Assembly: GCA_021613535.1 (NCBI GenBank)
Contig: CP075493.1
Span: 8,804,001-8,868,000 of the forward strand
From: Adineta vaga
Taxonomy: Eukaryota > Animalia > Rotifera
Length of the DNA: 64,000 nucleotides
Direction of reading: 5' to 3'
Each line of letters begins with the position of its first letter. Within the stretch, counting starts at the first letter, position 1. A program made the position numbers and the translations under genes. Shown piece by piece: positions 12,801 to 25,332 of the stretch. The notes under the pieces were generated by a model. That model was given only the letters and a program-made list of their open reading frames with translations, was not told the DNA's origin and made no database searches.

Positions 12801-15800
12801 TCAATCAATATGTTTTTTCTTATGTTTTACGAAATAGAAAGAAAATTTACCTGTTTCATCTTCGGAATCAGTTAATGGATGTTCTTCATGAGAAACTTCT
12901 GGTGCTTGAATCTATATTAGACGAAAGCATAAAATTATCGAATACACTTTTTTTTAACGAATCTCTACCTTATAACGTTCTTCAGTAATTAATTCATGTT
13001 TGCTAGCAATTGTTGTTTCAGTAACAACTTTAAGTTCTTCAACCACAGAAATATAACCGAGACGTTGTGCAATAGACAAAGCAGTCATTCCATGCTAGAA
13101 AAAAAAAGATCATTAAGAGAAACCAATTTGTTTGATTTTTTTTACTTTATTTGTTTTGTTTGGTGATGCACCATGTTCGAGTAATAATTTAACAATCATA
13201 ACATGGCCTTGTTGAGCAGCAGAGTGAAGTGGTGTAAACATAAGCTTAAAAATAAATAAGAAAAATACTATTTATGTATGAAATTGTACGCTTTCATTTA
13301 TACGTTTGTTTCAATGTTAACATTGGCACCTAGTTGGAGTAAATATCGAACCATATTGATTTGACCGAAATGACAAGCAACATGTAAACTTGTATAACCA
13401 CTCTAGAAATGAAATATATTTGCAATCGAATACAATTTTTCCCAAGAGTATGCTGTCTTTCATCATTAATCAAACTCATATCTGTATGTGACAAATGTCA
13501 ATCTATGATGATTATTCTTGCAAATAAATTTTTGATTGGATCTCAACACTGAAAAAGATATTCTCTACTTATTCACTTACAAGTGTTTGTGCATTAGTAT
13601 CAGCATGTTTATTTACTAATGCTTCAGCACATTTAACTCGATCTTCTTGTGCACATAGATGTAATGGTGTTAGATGACATTTCGATGCAATATTTGGATC
13701 AGCATGATTAGCCAAAAGAAGATAAGTCATATCTGAATGACCATCTTGACAACTTAAATGTAATGGTGTAAAACCACCTGATGATTGGGCATTAGTATTG
13801 GCATTATATTCCAATAACATTTCAGCAATATCTAATGCATTTTTCTTTGCAGCAATATGTAAGGGTGTATAACCATTTCGTGCTGTCACATGTGGACTTG
13901 CACCATGTTGTAAGAGAAGAAGTGCAACATTTCCATGATTATAATGAACAGCACAATGTAATGGAGTTAAATCATTCTAGATGAATATATTGATTTGAAT
14001 TCAAACTAATTGATATAGACTTATATCGAATAAAGACTTACTTTGCCTTGAATATCTGGTGTTGCACCTTTTTGTAAAAGAAGATTAGCAACTTTAATAT
14101 TTCCATATTTACTACAAATATGTAAGGCAGAGAAATTTCTCTAGAATAAAATAATATCTTTCAATATGATATTCTTCATCGCAAAAACAATCAAAACATA
14201 CTTTTGTAAATAAATTCAAATTAGCTCCATGATCAATTAATAAACTAGCAATTTCTTCATGACCTTCTTTTGCTGCAATATGTAAACTTGAATAGCCATC
14301 CTTTGTTTCATTATCAACAAATGCATTTGCTTTCAATAATAAATTGACAATTTCAATATTTCCCAATCGTGTTGCTAGATGTAAACATGTTTGTGCTTCT
14401 TTTGCTTTTGCGTCAACTGTTGCGCCAAAACGAAGTAATGTTTGAACAATATCAACTTGATTATTTCGTGTTGCTAAATGTAATGGTGTCTCACCGCGAA
14501 TAGTTACGGCATCAATATTAGCTCCATGTTGCAAAAGATAAACCACAATATCATGACTACCAACAAATGCTGCAACATGTAGACTAGTTAAACCTGATTC
14601 TGTTTTTCCTTCAATATCCGCATCATTTGAAATCAATAATTCAACTAATTTTAAACGATTCTTTTTACATGCTATATGTAAACATGAAAAACCATTAAGA
14701 GCTTTCGCATTGACATCAGCACGACGTTCACATAAAAGTTTCGCGACATTATAATTTCCACAATGAGATGCTACATGTAAAGCAGAAAGATAATCCTTTA
14801 AGAGACAAAATAAAGAAAGAAATGCTGAAGAGAAATAAAGACTAATAAACGAACCGAGCTAACATCATCTACTAAAGTTGATTTATAATAGAGTAAAATA
14901 CGTGCCGCATCAACATGATCACCTTGTGCAGCTAAAATATCAATGAAATTTATTTACAAATAAAACAAAAAGTCATCGGTTATTTAATATTACATACCCA
15001 TATGTAATGCAGAGAGACCATTTTTTGTTTTTGCTCCAAATGGAGCACCACTTTCAAGTAACAAATCAACTACTTGATCATGACCTGATCGTGCCGCACA
15101 ATGAAGTGGTGCTAATAGAATAACAAATCATATTTTCTTTGTAAACTTGTCAATCAAACTTACTGAGACCATCTTTTGTTTTTGCATCAATCTGGGCGCT
15201 CTTTTCAAGTAGTAATTTGACAAGATTTTCTTTGCCCCATTTCGATGCGACATGTAGTGGTGTAATATTTTGCTACAAAAAGGAAAGAAAACATGGTTTG
15301 CAACGATCGATCTTAGTATTAAAAAGGTCAATAATGCGCTGACAGATTCATCTTAACAGAAATGTAATCTAATCTGTATCGAATGATGAAAGAGATTGAT
15401 CAAATGAATAACTATATAATTTTCACTAGGAACAATCATTTACTTCTTAGATTCTTTGAAATATTTCAATCTAGAAAATATCTAGGTCATGGTTCAACAA
15501 TAGCATAGTGTCTAAGAAATTAGAAACTTCATCTTCAATTCAATTGTGAGGAGATAATAGAGTCAAAACAAGTAGACAAAAGCATTCTTCAGTTTGAAGT
15601 GCACTCCAAAAGTTCTTTGAAGATTTTTCTTCTTTTCTTACACTAGCTGCATAATTGACATCCGCGCCACGAGCAATTAACAATTGTGCCACTTCCAAAT
15701 TACCATAATGAGCTGCGATATGTAACGGAGTAAATCCGGACTAATAAAATAAAGCGAAAAGACATTATTTATAAATAATCCATTCAATCAATTAATTAGA

Positions 15801-17097
15801 TTTCGTTTAAAATACATGCAAGATAAACTACTTCGGTATTTTTTTTGGTCTGATATATTTTTTTTTATGAACTACTGAAATTAGTAATGGGTTAATTGAA
15901 CATTTACAAAATAGATATTACGACTATGCTTACTCTGCCAAGCTGAAAAAAAGAGAAAAATTAGATACAGTGTTAAAACTGAGACAACAGTTAAAAAATA
16001 GAGAGTAACGATTTACACCACCAACGAAAATGACAACAATAGTAATAAAATAATGCAAAAACAGACACCATCAACAGACTCCAAATAAACAAACCTTTGT
16101 TGTACAATTGACAAAACCTCCTTCCTAATTATCTCCGATTTTTTGCATGAAAAATTGAATTTATTTCTAAACAACTCTACATACCTTATAATTCAAATCT
16201 GGTTGAGTATCGCCTTGTAAAAGTAAAGCAGCAGCTTTTGTGTCATTCTTTTTGGCAGCAATATGTAATGCTGGAAGGCGTACTTTTGAACCTTTAGAAT
16301 CATTTTCTAAAAGAATAGCCACTACTTTATCATGACCTTGTTGTAGACTAACAGCCAACGGTGTAAATCCATCCTTGAAAATGATCAAAACAATCAATAG
16401 ACAAATTTCGATACAGAAGTCAATGTTTACCTCAGTAGCTAAACTTTGATTAGCGCCATTAGCGAGCAGAAATTTCACCACTTCAATATGATTCTCCTCT
16501 AGATCAATTATATCAATAATTATTTGTTTGTTTTTGTCTTTTTTTTGCAAAACAATACTCACGTGCAGCCATATACAGAGGAGAAAATCCATTCTGTGAT
16601 TGACAATTAATATTAGCATTGTATTTAACTAAAAGTTTAACAACTTCTTCTTGCCCAGCTAATGATGCAATATGAAGAGCTGTATTTCCTTTCTAGAAAA
16701 ACAATAAGATTATATTGATTTTCGATTCGATATTATTTTTGTTTTCTTCTTGTCTTAAACTGACCTTTGTCGCTGCATTAACATTAGCACCACGAGAAAG
16801 AAGTTCTTGAACAATATTTACATGACCCTCTCTAGAGAAAAGAAAGAAAGAAATAAAATATACAGATCATCACTTGTCTTCAAAAGAAGTTACTTTGATG
16901 CTAGATGTAATGCATTCAATCCATTCTAAACATAAGAAAAGAGAAGAATCTATTTGTATATTTTTCTTTCTCAATAAAGAAATTCTTTCACATACAGCAT
17001 TGCTTGTATTGATATCAACTGATGATCGAAGGTATTCCAAAACCTTCTCTAAATTTCCTGCTCGCGCTGCTCGTAAAAATCCTGAATTTCCATCAGA
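1..17097 (-). CDS. Ank2: Ankyrin (Ank2/unc-44-like), multi-exon, giant isoform; common exons from 17097, running off the left end of the window
   Basis: Spliced translation begins [23 protein letters not shown] (exon 16996-17097) and follows the canonical 24 ANK repeats ([61 protein letters not shown]). Then come ZU5 ([27 protein letters not shown]), ZU5-2 ([18 protein letters not shown]), UPA (TTTVSARFWLVD) and the death domain ([20 protein letters not shown], about 9320-9910), followed by S/T/E/D-rich tail exons with phase-compatible GT-AG junctions. Confidence 0.93.
767..3869 (-). CDS. Ankyrin giant tail exon (about 3.1 kb, acidic/Ser-rich), containing a 1-nt frame break near 3619
   Basis: Phase-1 acceptor TTTACAG at 3870-3871; the 927-aa ORF frame is open from 3619; GTAAGA donor at 766. 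Confidence 0.7.
4129..4563. repeat. Long-range inverted repeat: 17-bp perfect arms 4129-4145 / 4547-4563 plus 7-bp arms 4148-4154 / 4531-4537
   Basis: tgtgtgtgatacggttt is the reverse complement of aaaccgtatcacacaca; gctgttg is the reverse complement of caacagc. Confidence 0.85.
4397..4426 (+). repeat. (GAA)10 microsatellite
   Basis: Direct reading. Confidence 0.9.
5304..6866 (-). CDS. Ankyrin large tail exon (1563 nt, Ser/Thr/Pro-rich)
   Basis: TTTTTTCCAG acceptor, open frame including ORF 5122..6753, GTAGTC donor, symmetric phase 1-1. Confidence 0.75.
7219..7293 (-). CDS. Ankyrin alternative exon or internal first exon [24 protein letters not shown]
   Basis: TTAG|AC ATG (ATG at 7291), GTAAAG phase-1 donor, 66-nt intron to the phase-1 acceptor at 7152. 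Confidence 0.55.
12007..12027 (-). CDS. Ankyrin 21-nt microexon (ERFQCR core) immediately before ZU5
   Basis: TTTTTCTAG acceptor and GTAAGT donor, phase 2-2, matching the flanking exons. Confidence 0.65.
15934..15942 (-). CDS. Ankyrin 9-nt microexon (LGR)
   Basis: TTTTTCTCTTTTTTTCAG acceptor, CTTGGCAGA, GTAAGC donor; phase 0-0. Confidence 0.55.
16095..16124 (-). CDS. Ankyrin 30-nt microexon ([10 protein letters not shown]) within the ANK repeats
   Basis: TTAG acceptor and GTTTGT donor, phase 0-0, lying just before the [14 protein letters not shown] exon. Confidence 0.7.
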
Positions 17098-17510
17098 CTA
17101 AAATTATATCAAATAGACATTTTCATTCGATTATATAATCAATAGACAAGCATCAAGATTATTTTATTGTATACACATGTCGACACATATAAATGTCTCG
17201 ACAGATATATCTGATCTGAGTTATAAAAAATAACGAGAGAATACATTTCAGACACACGCAAACAAATACATACTCATTCTTATCTCAAATCGCTTTGTTA
17301 TTCATTAGACCTGGTTAAAGATAATGTTTTCCGGTTAGAATAACCGAAAAAAACAAATAAGAAAGTTAATGGTAAATTACGCGATTTACATACATACATA
17401 CATATTATTTACTAAAAGGCAATCAGTTGTGATTAATCGATGCAGTATGCACGAGTTTCTTTTTTTATATGATTCAATCAGAAATGCACAAATTGTTAAA
17501 TATTACTTAC

Positions 17511-17549
17511 GAAGTTGCATTCAAGATTATTCAACGAATGTCGACCCAT
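17511..17549 (-). CDS. Candidate ankyrin alternative first exon E (MGRHSLNNLECNF)
   Basis: ATG, 13 codons, perfect GTAAGT donor in phase 0. Confidence 0.55.
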
Positions 17550-18099
17550 AATATCAATCTTCTCTTAGATGAACGAATAAACTTGCCGTCGTAATCGGAT
17601 AAGAATAACTGAGACGACGCTGAGATAAATTAAAGAAGAAACTAATGCATAATTCTTGTTACACTATGCTTTTTTCTTCTTCGCTTCTCTTTTTGCTTAT
17701 GTGTGGATGTGAGAGAGTGCTAAATCGAAGAGTATTTCTTCTCCAAAAAAAAACAACAACGAACAATAGAAGAGAGAATTGAAAGAGGAAATAGAACAAG
17801 CAATCAATAGTAATATAGTAGTTACTAAATAAACCCATCGAACAATGTTTTCAATCTAATGTGTTTATCATATATCTATATATAGATTGATTGACTAACG
17901 AGACTGAAGTAAAGGGTAAAAAAATAAGTGTTCTATTAGAAAAAAAACGGATATGTAGCCGACGGATGTATTGACTCACACACGAAAATAAATAATGTCC
18001 TTCATCATGAACGAGATAATATGGCCTTTTGACCGATTAGAAAAAGATGTAAAATATCCAGATATATAGTTTTCAAGAAAATGAGAAACATTTACATAC

Positions 18100-18108
18100 C
18101 GCAGTCAT
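18100..18108 (-). CDS. Candidate ankyrin alternative first exon D (coding part MTA)
   Basis: ATG ACT GCG followed by GTATGT donor in phase 0. Confidence 0.45.
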
Positions 18109-19116
18109 AATGTACGAAATAAAATGATTGACATTTGTGAAGATTCTTTGTTTTTATTCGTATGTCTCGTGTTTGAACGTAAGAAAAGAGAAGATTAAAA
18201 TGTACAAATGTGTGTATGTCTTGAGGAGAGAGCAAAACGAAAGAGAGCAAGAGAAAGAGAAAGAAGGAAAGAGAATTTTTCCTGGCAGTATTGCTCTCTC
18301 GTCAACGAGTCAGACAGACATCGAATCGTGAGCGTGTGAACATGACGAGTGCACAAGCACTACTTTCCTTTTTCTGTTGTTGTTGTGTTCTTCATTCGTT
18401 CTTTTCTTATTAGGACGCGCACTTTTGCTAGTGATGGTGATGGTAGAGCGGAGATTCTCTTTTCCTATCATAAAGAAATTGAACTCAAGCTAGCAACAGA
18501 AAGACAGAGAGAGAGAACATCTGTTCAAATGAATAAGACAAAAACTTGAAAACAAAGGAATGAACAGGAACAACACATGCTATATTTTCATTATTATGTG
18601 TAACACTTGAAATAAAAAAGATTATCATTGATTTTTTTTAAACTAATTTCTTTTTGTTTTGTCTTCTATGTTGTTTGAGATTCATTGAAAATCTTAACTA
18701 ACTTATTGTTCTGTTTCGTCGAACAGACATATAGACAGAGATGGATATATTTCCATATAAAGAGAGAAAGAAATGTGGTTAGATACATATACAACGTGTG
18801 CACGACTAGTATCAAGGGAAATATCGTTTCTATGTTGTATGGGAATAGAAGAGAAATGATGGGTTTGACGTGGTCTATAAGCTTATATATAATTACTCCT
18901 CTGTGCTGTTAAAAAGGCATCACCATTCTCAAACTCATTATATCGATCTAGCCAATATTTTTTCGAGAAGAAAAAAAAATTTGTTGCTCTTCTTTTTGAT
19001 CTCGGATTTCAATAAATTAACAATTATAAGAGGAGAGCGAGAGAGTCAATAAGAATTATTCCTGGTGGAAGATAAGTATGTCATTCAATATGTACACTTG
19101 TTCGAGCAAATCTCAC

Positions 19117-19224
19117 TTGATAATAATGATATGGGTAATTGGCTGCAGGTAACGGCGGTAGTTTGATACTTGATGGTCGAGAAATGGAAACGTCGCGAAG
19201 TTCTTTTGTAAAATTACTGGACAT
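19117..19224 (-). CDS. Candidate ankyrin alternative first exon C (MSSNFTKELRDVSISRPSSIKLPPLPAANYPYHYYQ)
   Basis: ATG, 36 codons, GTGAGA donor in phase 0. Confidence 0.55.
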
Positions 19225-20777
19225 CTTTTTATGTCAGGCAGTTAGTCAAAACATGACACGAGTCGGTTTGATTATCTTCGAAGAGTAACAAGAGTCGATC
19301 TGGCATCGAATACAAGGAAATACAAAACAAGCAATTCTTCTCTATCGTTGCGTTCTTAGATTCTTCGAATAACGCTGCTTGATGTCTTGCAATGTTGTTG
19401 TTAATAATCATCCGTCATCATCTGTTGACACAAGCCTAGCAGAAGTAGCAACGGCTAGTCGTAGGACGATTCTTATTCTCGCACCATTCTCATCATCATC
19501 ATCATCATCTTCTTCTTATTCTTCGATTCGTTCTTCTTGCCTGTCTCGTTTTTCTTCTTTTGCTACTGCTTCTTCTTTTTTTCGCTCTTGCACTTCCCTC
19601 TAGGATTAAATATAGAATTGTTCGTTAACGAGAGCGTAAGGCATAACGTTATGACAACGTCGAATAGTAACTAAAACCAATAAGTTGAAACGGGAACTGA
19701 AGTGGGGATAAGAAATGGATGAAGATGATTATAACAATATATTGTAACGATGAAGAGAAACCAATAACGACGTCATTCACTAGTCGCTTAATTTCATTAG
19801 GACTTCTGTTCTTCTTCTTTTCATCGTTCAAAAAAAAACGTCAATCGATCAAATGATCAGTTTTTCTTTCATCATCAGACAGGATATGAAATACAAATTT
19901 CTCCCTTTGTTCCCTAAGGTAAATTGATCATGTTTTGAATGTTAACAAGAAAAAACAAAGAATGGTACTCATGCACATCGACGAAACTAATCAAAAGTAA
20001 TCTTAATTTCGAACAGGTCATCTTAATATTAATAATGATATCATGTGTATATGTGCACATATGATTAAGGACAGACAGTTTAGCTCTTTGTATATATTTA
20101 ATGAAGGTGAAAGATATGATCAGATTGACTGACATCTGGATACATTGAGCTCTGATCATTCATCATTCTGTATTCTTAGATCAATATTATTGACTGTACT
20201 AACACTCATTTAGCAAGTCTTTCATTCTTTCTTTTGCCATCTATGCTTTTTACTAACGCGAATACAATTCTATATTTGATGACATGACGATCAAGAGAAT
20301 ATGATACATAAGTAAACATTGAATAAAAAGAGAAAAGAAAGGATCATATACTCATCATCGAACGAGCGCGTGCGTCCGTATAAGAGCGGGAATTGAATCA
20401 GATGGAGTGGAGAAATAAGTATTTGTTTTTTTCCGATGCGAATAAAAACAGCAGTGGTTTATGTACATAAAATTATTTATTGAAAAAAAAAATCTAAATA
20501 TTAATAATTATCACTTTGAACAAGAAAATGTTCACACCATCTTCATAATGTGTCAAAACTGTCATTGTCATACTTGACAAAATCCAGTTTTATATGTGAT
20601 TGCTAAGAAGAATCTCCTATAATTTTAACAGAAAACAGAAGGAAAGCAAAGAAACTAAACACTATGTCATAGAAATCAATTCGAATAGTCCTTAGTGTAT
20701 ACGTAAGTTACATTACAAAGTACTATCGCGATAAAGTCCACCAGTTGTTTTCATTCTCATGAAATCAGTACTCTGAA

Positions 20778-20786
20778 TATATAAAA
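20778..20786 (+). promoter_or_regulatory. TATA box of the cystatin gene
   Basis: TATATAAAA about 70 nt upstream of ATG 20853. Confidence 0.55.
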
Positions 20787-20852
20787 CCTAGTGTATTCAC
20801 TATGTAACTTTACTCCTGAAAATTCATTTTCAAAATAAGCTTGAAAACAAAC

Positions 20853-21179
20853 ATGTTTAAACTTTTCGTTATCTTATCTATGTTCATGACCATTCAAGGT
20901 CAACTTCCTGGTGGTTTTACCAATCGTCCAGATCTTGTTAAAGCTGACGCTACACGAACTATGGTTCGTTTAGCTGTTACTGATTTAAAAGAAAAACAAA
21001 ATCTTCTCGTCTCACCAGTCAATGTTGTCAATGTTGCCACACAAGTTGTCAACGGAATCAACTATCGTATTGTTTTCACAGCTCGTTCCCCTTCATCTTC
21101 TGGTTTTCTTACATGCACAACAAAAATCTATCAACAATTTAGCGGTCTTCAATCCGTTTCATCAGTTATTTGCTCTTAA
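20853..21179 (+). CDS. Secreted cystatin-family cysteine protease inhibitor, intronless
   Basis: Signal peptide MFKLFVILSMFMTIQG, N-terminal LPGG, QVVNG motif followed by INYRI; AATAAA at 21203-21208. Confidence 0.85.
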   Translation: MFKLFVILSMFMTIQGQLPGGFTNRPDLVKADATRTMVRLAVTDLKEKQNLLVSPVNVVNVATQVVNGINYRIVFTARSPSSSGFLTCTTKIYQQFSGLQSVSSVICS

Positions 21180-21634
21180 AATATGAAAAAATCTATTTGA
21201 AAAATAAATTTCGATTATCATATCTTATCTTTAATATTCTATTCACCTTGAATAAGAACCATGAAAACATTTTTTTGCCCAAAGGAGTTTACATTTTCGA
21301 AACTCTACCATCTGCTTCAATTCTCAAGACAGATATGCCTTATAGTTTTCTTTCTAAATCAGATTTTCTTTCAAAATAGAAATGATTAAATATGCTAATA
21401 TTCTTAACATTTAATTATACAAGGTAAACTATCGAATGAGTTGTATCATTATCACGATTTCTATTATATAACTAAAATAATTACGATGTTCTATATCAAT
21501 CAAATCGATTTCAATCTCAGTTTTTTTCTCCAACTATGGTATTAAGTTTCGCTTATATGAATCGTCTTAAGTACGATAATCCTTATTACAACAGATAAAT
21601 ATTCAAAAGAATAGCAAAAACAATTTTTTTTTAC

Positions 21635-21700
21635 CATTAAATTATTAGTTGTGCTTGATGGAACTGTTGTATCTTCCTGTTCTTCAATATTCACGACCAT
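21635..21700 (-). CDS. Candidate ankyrin alternative first exon B (MVVNIEEQEDTTVPSSTTNNLM)
   Basis: ATG, 22 codons, GTAAAA donor in phase 0; GA microsatellite just upstream. Confidence 0.5.
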
Positions 21701-21774
21701 GTCTAGGACTGTATGTTAGATAGGCGAACTATAGAAGCATATGAAATGACGTGCCGTTGCTTTTTCCTCCCTCC

Positions 21775-21791
21775 CTCTCTCTCTCTCTCTC
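21775..21791 (+). repeat. (CT)n / GAGA-type microsatellite upstream of ankyrin exon B
   Basis: Direct reading. Confidence 0.8.
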
Positions 21792-22106
21792 TTCGTTGTT
21801 AATGCTTTGTTTCCACTTTTCTAATATTATAGAAAAACTCTCATGCGCATTGGATTGACTGTCTTTCTTTTCCTTTTTCCTTTTCCTGTATTGGCGTCAT
21901 ATATTGAGCAGAACGTTCGCTCTAACATTCAATCCATAATTCATCTGAGACACATAAGAACACAAGAAAATGCAATGACAAATATGAAAAAAAAAGTGGC
22001 TCAAACTTCTTCGCTAGTTTTTTTTATCAGCTTCTAGTGTTGATCGTTGTGCTATGATTTCTTTTCTTTCACTACTAGAGAAAGAAATAAAAAAGAGAGA
22101 TCTTAC

Positions 22107-22205
22107 CGTATTATTCTGTTGTACTGATGAAGTGTATGCCGAAGTGTAATAAATTGGACTCGTTCCGGGAGGACCATGATCAATATAAGTCGGACTTGAT
22201 AACAT
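22107..22205 (-). CDS. Candidate ankyrin alternative first exon A (MLSSPTYIDHGPPGTSPIYYTSAYTSSVQQNNT)
   Basis: TTTTTTCCAG immediately before ATG, 33 codons, GTAAGA donor in phase 0 matching the acceptor at 17097. Confidence 0.6.
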
Positions 22206-22355
22206 CTGGAAAAAACGAAGATAACAAACTGGGTAATTGTTTTGTGAGCGGAAAAAAACTACTGTTTTATTGTTCTTAAACAAGAAAAGAAAAAGAAACA
22301 CTGTGAAATCACTGCAGTGAACACACAAAAGTAAATTAGCCTAAGAGAGATTTGT

Positions 22356-24907
22356 TTAACGTTCTTCTTCCGCACGCCATTGAACTTTTTTACGATGACT
22401 TTCAAGAGCATCTCGTAATTTTTTATCTATCATTTCCTCTGTTAATGTTCCATCTTCCGAAGCATAAGCAGATGCCTAAAAGAAAACACACAAAGAACAA
22501 AGTAGATTAGTTTTTTTTTCTCTCAAAGAAATCAACTAACTTGACAAGCAGCTAGTAATTTAGCGATTTCACGACCAGAAAAACCATCGGTATGTTGAGC
22601 TAATTCTTCGCATTTCTTTTCAAAATCAAATCCACCAATTTTAATCGGTCTAAAATAAATCGAATCTGCTTAGAAACACACAAGTAAATCTTTGTTTTTC
22701 TTCGTAAAGTTACCGTCGGCGTTCAGCTGATTTCAGAATATATGTATCGAAGTAAAGATAAGTCATTCGACGACGTTCTGCAATCGTCGGTAAAGCAAAC
22801 TGAACCATTTCATCCAAACGATCATTTACAGCCCAATCGAATTGTTCCGGTTCATTACTGGCAAGAACTAACATAAAACTGGAGAAAAAGAAAAGAGGAA
22901 ATAGTTATATATTTATCATTTTAATCACCAAAAAAAGTCTTCCTTTTTCTTTCAACTTACCGACTTGATTGTTCACCAGTTCGATAGAGAAATGCATTCA
23001 ATGCAGCACGCATATCTTCACCGATTTTTTCCTATATGAACATATCAGAAAAGAAAAGGAATCAAATTACATTAAAAAAACAAAATATAAGCTAGAACAA
23101 ATTTACAGTTGCTCGTTTTCTTAAAAATGCATCGGCTTCATCGATGAATAATAAGAGACCACGACGACTGGTTTGAGACCAATCAAATACTTTATGTATG
23201 GCTGTAACAGCATCACGACCTAATGGTGCAACATCACCACCAGTCATAATTGCATAGTCAAGACCTGAATGAGCTGCTAATTTCTAGAAAAACAGAAAGA
23301 AAATTTCATATTTTCGTTTTCGATATAAATCTTATCGAATGAAATCATTACCTTAGCAAACAGAGTTTTACCTATGAACAAAAAAAGAAAGATTAATGAA
23401 TAATTCTTCGACAAAGAAATCGAAGATTAAACTAAATTACCTGTGCCCGGTGGTCCGTGCATCAGTAAATTTCTAAATAATCCATAATTTTTCTTCGTAA
23501 ATCGCGTTGAAATCGCTATTTCACGAAGACGTGATTCAAGATTAGGATCAAGTACGACACCTTTCAATGAATCTTCGGCTTTGGAGAAAAAGATACGTCG
23601 TATTGTTTTCACCGGTGCACGAAGTGTAGTGAGTAAAGTTGTTCGTGATGTTTCACGAATCAAAGAAGGTTTACCAAGACGTGAATCAAGATATTTCACT
23701 GCCGTTTGAGTAGCACCACGGGCAGAATAAACACCGAGAGCAAGTAAAGTTATACCACCGGTCTAAAACAAAAAATGGTTTATTACAATACTTTGAAGAT
23801 CAGGAAATGATTTTATTTTACTTACAGCCATAAGAATTTTGCTTGGATTTTCGAGTAAAGTTGTAATACCAGTGCCAACAACAGTTCCTGCTGTTTTAAT
23901 ACTATCGAGAACAGTTTTACGTTGTTCTTCAGCTTTAAGTTTAATCTGTTCAAGATAAATTTCTCGATTTTCACGTTCAACTTGTGCCTTGCCTTTTAAT
24001 TCTGCTTCAAGTCGTTTCATCTCATATTGATGACGAACTTGTTCAGCATATTCAATTGAACCTAATATATATGGATTTTCCATAAATATGACTGTGATAA
24101 AAACAAAGAAAGTAAAATAAAACTAACGTTGTTTCATTTCTTCTTGTTTTCGAACAGAGTCTTCTTGTCGACGACGTTCTTCATCTTGTAAACGAGCCTA
24201 ATTATACAAAAATGATCTCTGTCAAATATTTATATGTTGATATAGATTTGATCAATTACTTGTTCAGCAGCTTGGTCTTGCATACGTTTACGAGCCAATT
24301 GATCTTGAAATTTTGCTCTCTAAGGAAAAGATGAGAAAGAAAAACACTTTAATAACGATTAATTTCAAATGAATACTTCATTTTGATGATGCGTTTCGTC
24401 ATTCATCATTCGTCGTTTCTCTTCATTTAACTGTTGTTGATGTTTGAAACGAATTTCTTCTTCATGTTGTGAATATTCCTATTTGATAAAGCAGAATACA
24501 TCGATGCTTTACAAGTACAATTAATTGTATCGATATACCTTCATTTGTTTTTGAATTTCAAGTTGTTTCGTTTGTTCTTGCATTTTAACAACATCAAACG
24601 CTTGATTTGCATATTCTAAATCAAACAAGATTAAGATGATGATGAAACAATTGATTGATTTCAATGAATTGTTCAACTTACGAGAACGTTCCAGTTCCTT
24701 AGCTGCTTGCGCAGCACGTTCGAGAGCAGTCGAATCGAATTTATAGATCGATTCACGTCCTGCAAATGATTTCGAATCTGAATTTCCTGATGATGATCTA
24801 TTATTTCCAGTATTATCTGGTGGTATTGATGATCCATCACCTGCATTTCCAGCACCTTGCGGTGGAAGATCGAGCACCGGTTTTTTATAACCAAAAATCC
24901 ACGACAT
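22356..24907 (-). CDS. ATAD3: ATPase family AAA domain-containing protein 3 (mitochondrial), multi-exon
   Basis: MSWIFG start, [32 protein letters not shown], Walker A GPPGTGKT split by a 20-nt exon, Walker [30 protein letters not shown]; all junctions in frame. Confidence 0.96.
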
Positions 24908-25332
24908 CTAGAATGAAATGAACTTTTCGTCTTCATGCAAATTATTTCGATAAAATAGGTTGATGCAATGTAGATTACTCATCTATATGATATGAAAATC
25001 TCTAGATTATCATTTCTCATATTCAGATAATTGAATTAGTGACTTATTTCAAAGCTCATAGTCAATAATCTCGATGATTTGCCTGGGAATATTGAACAAA
25101 GAAGTTGAAAAATGACTTTAGACTGGCGAATAAGCAACGAATGATGATAAAAGTTTGAGTCCTCTACAGGTGTCGCTTAATTCATGCATATTCATTTATG
25201 ACCTCCATGTATTTTATGATTTTAAAATAATATGTTCAAGATGTAGAGTATTATATGAAATAGATATAAGAAAATTATTTTCCTCAAGATGGAGTTTCTC
25301 CTCCAACTCGAATGGCTATTGAAACAAAGTAT

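Noticed and set aside
19229-19603. ORFs 19229..19411 (-) and 19379..19603 (+)
   Set aside because: Low-complexity sequence that is likely 5' UTR of ankyrin exon C; no coding signature.
21582-21592. CTTATTACAAC resembling part of the bdelloid spliced leader as I recall it
   Set aside because: Only 11 nt, with no following donor or recognisable SL RNA structure.
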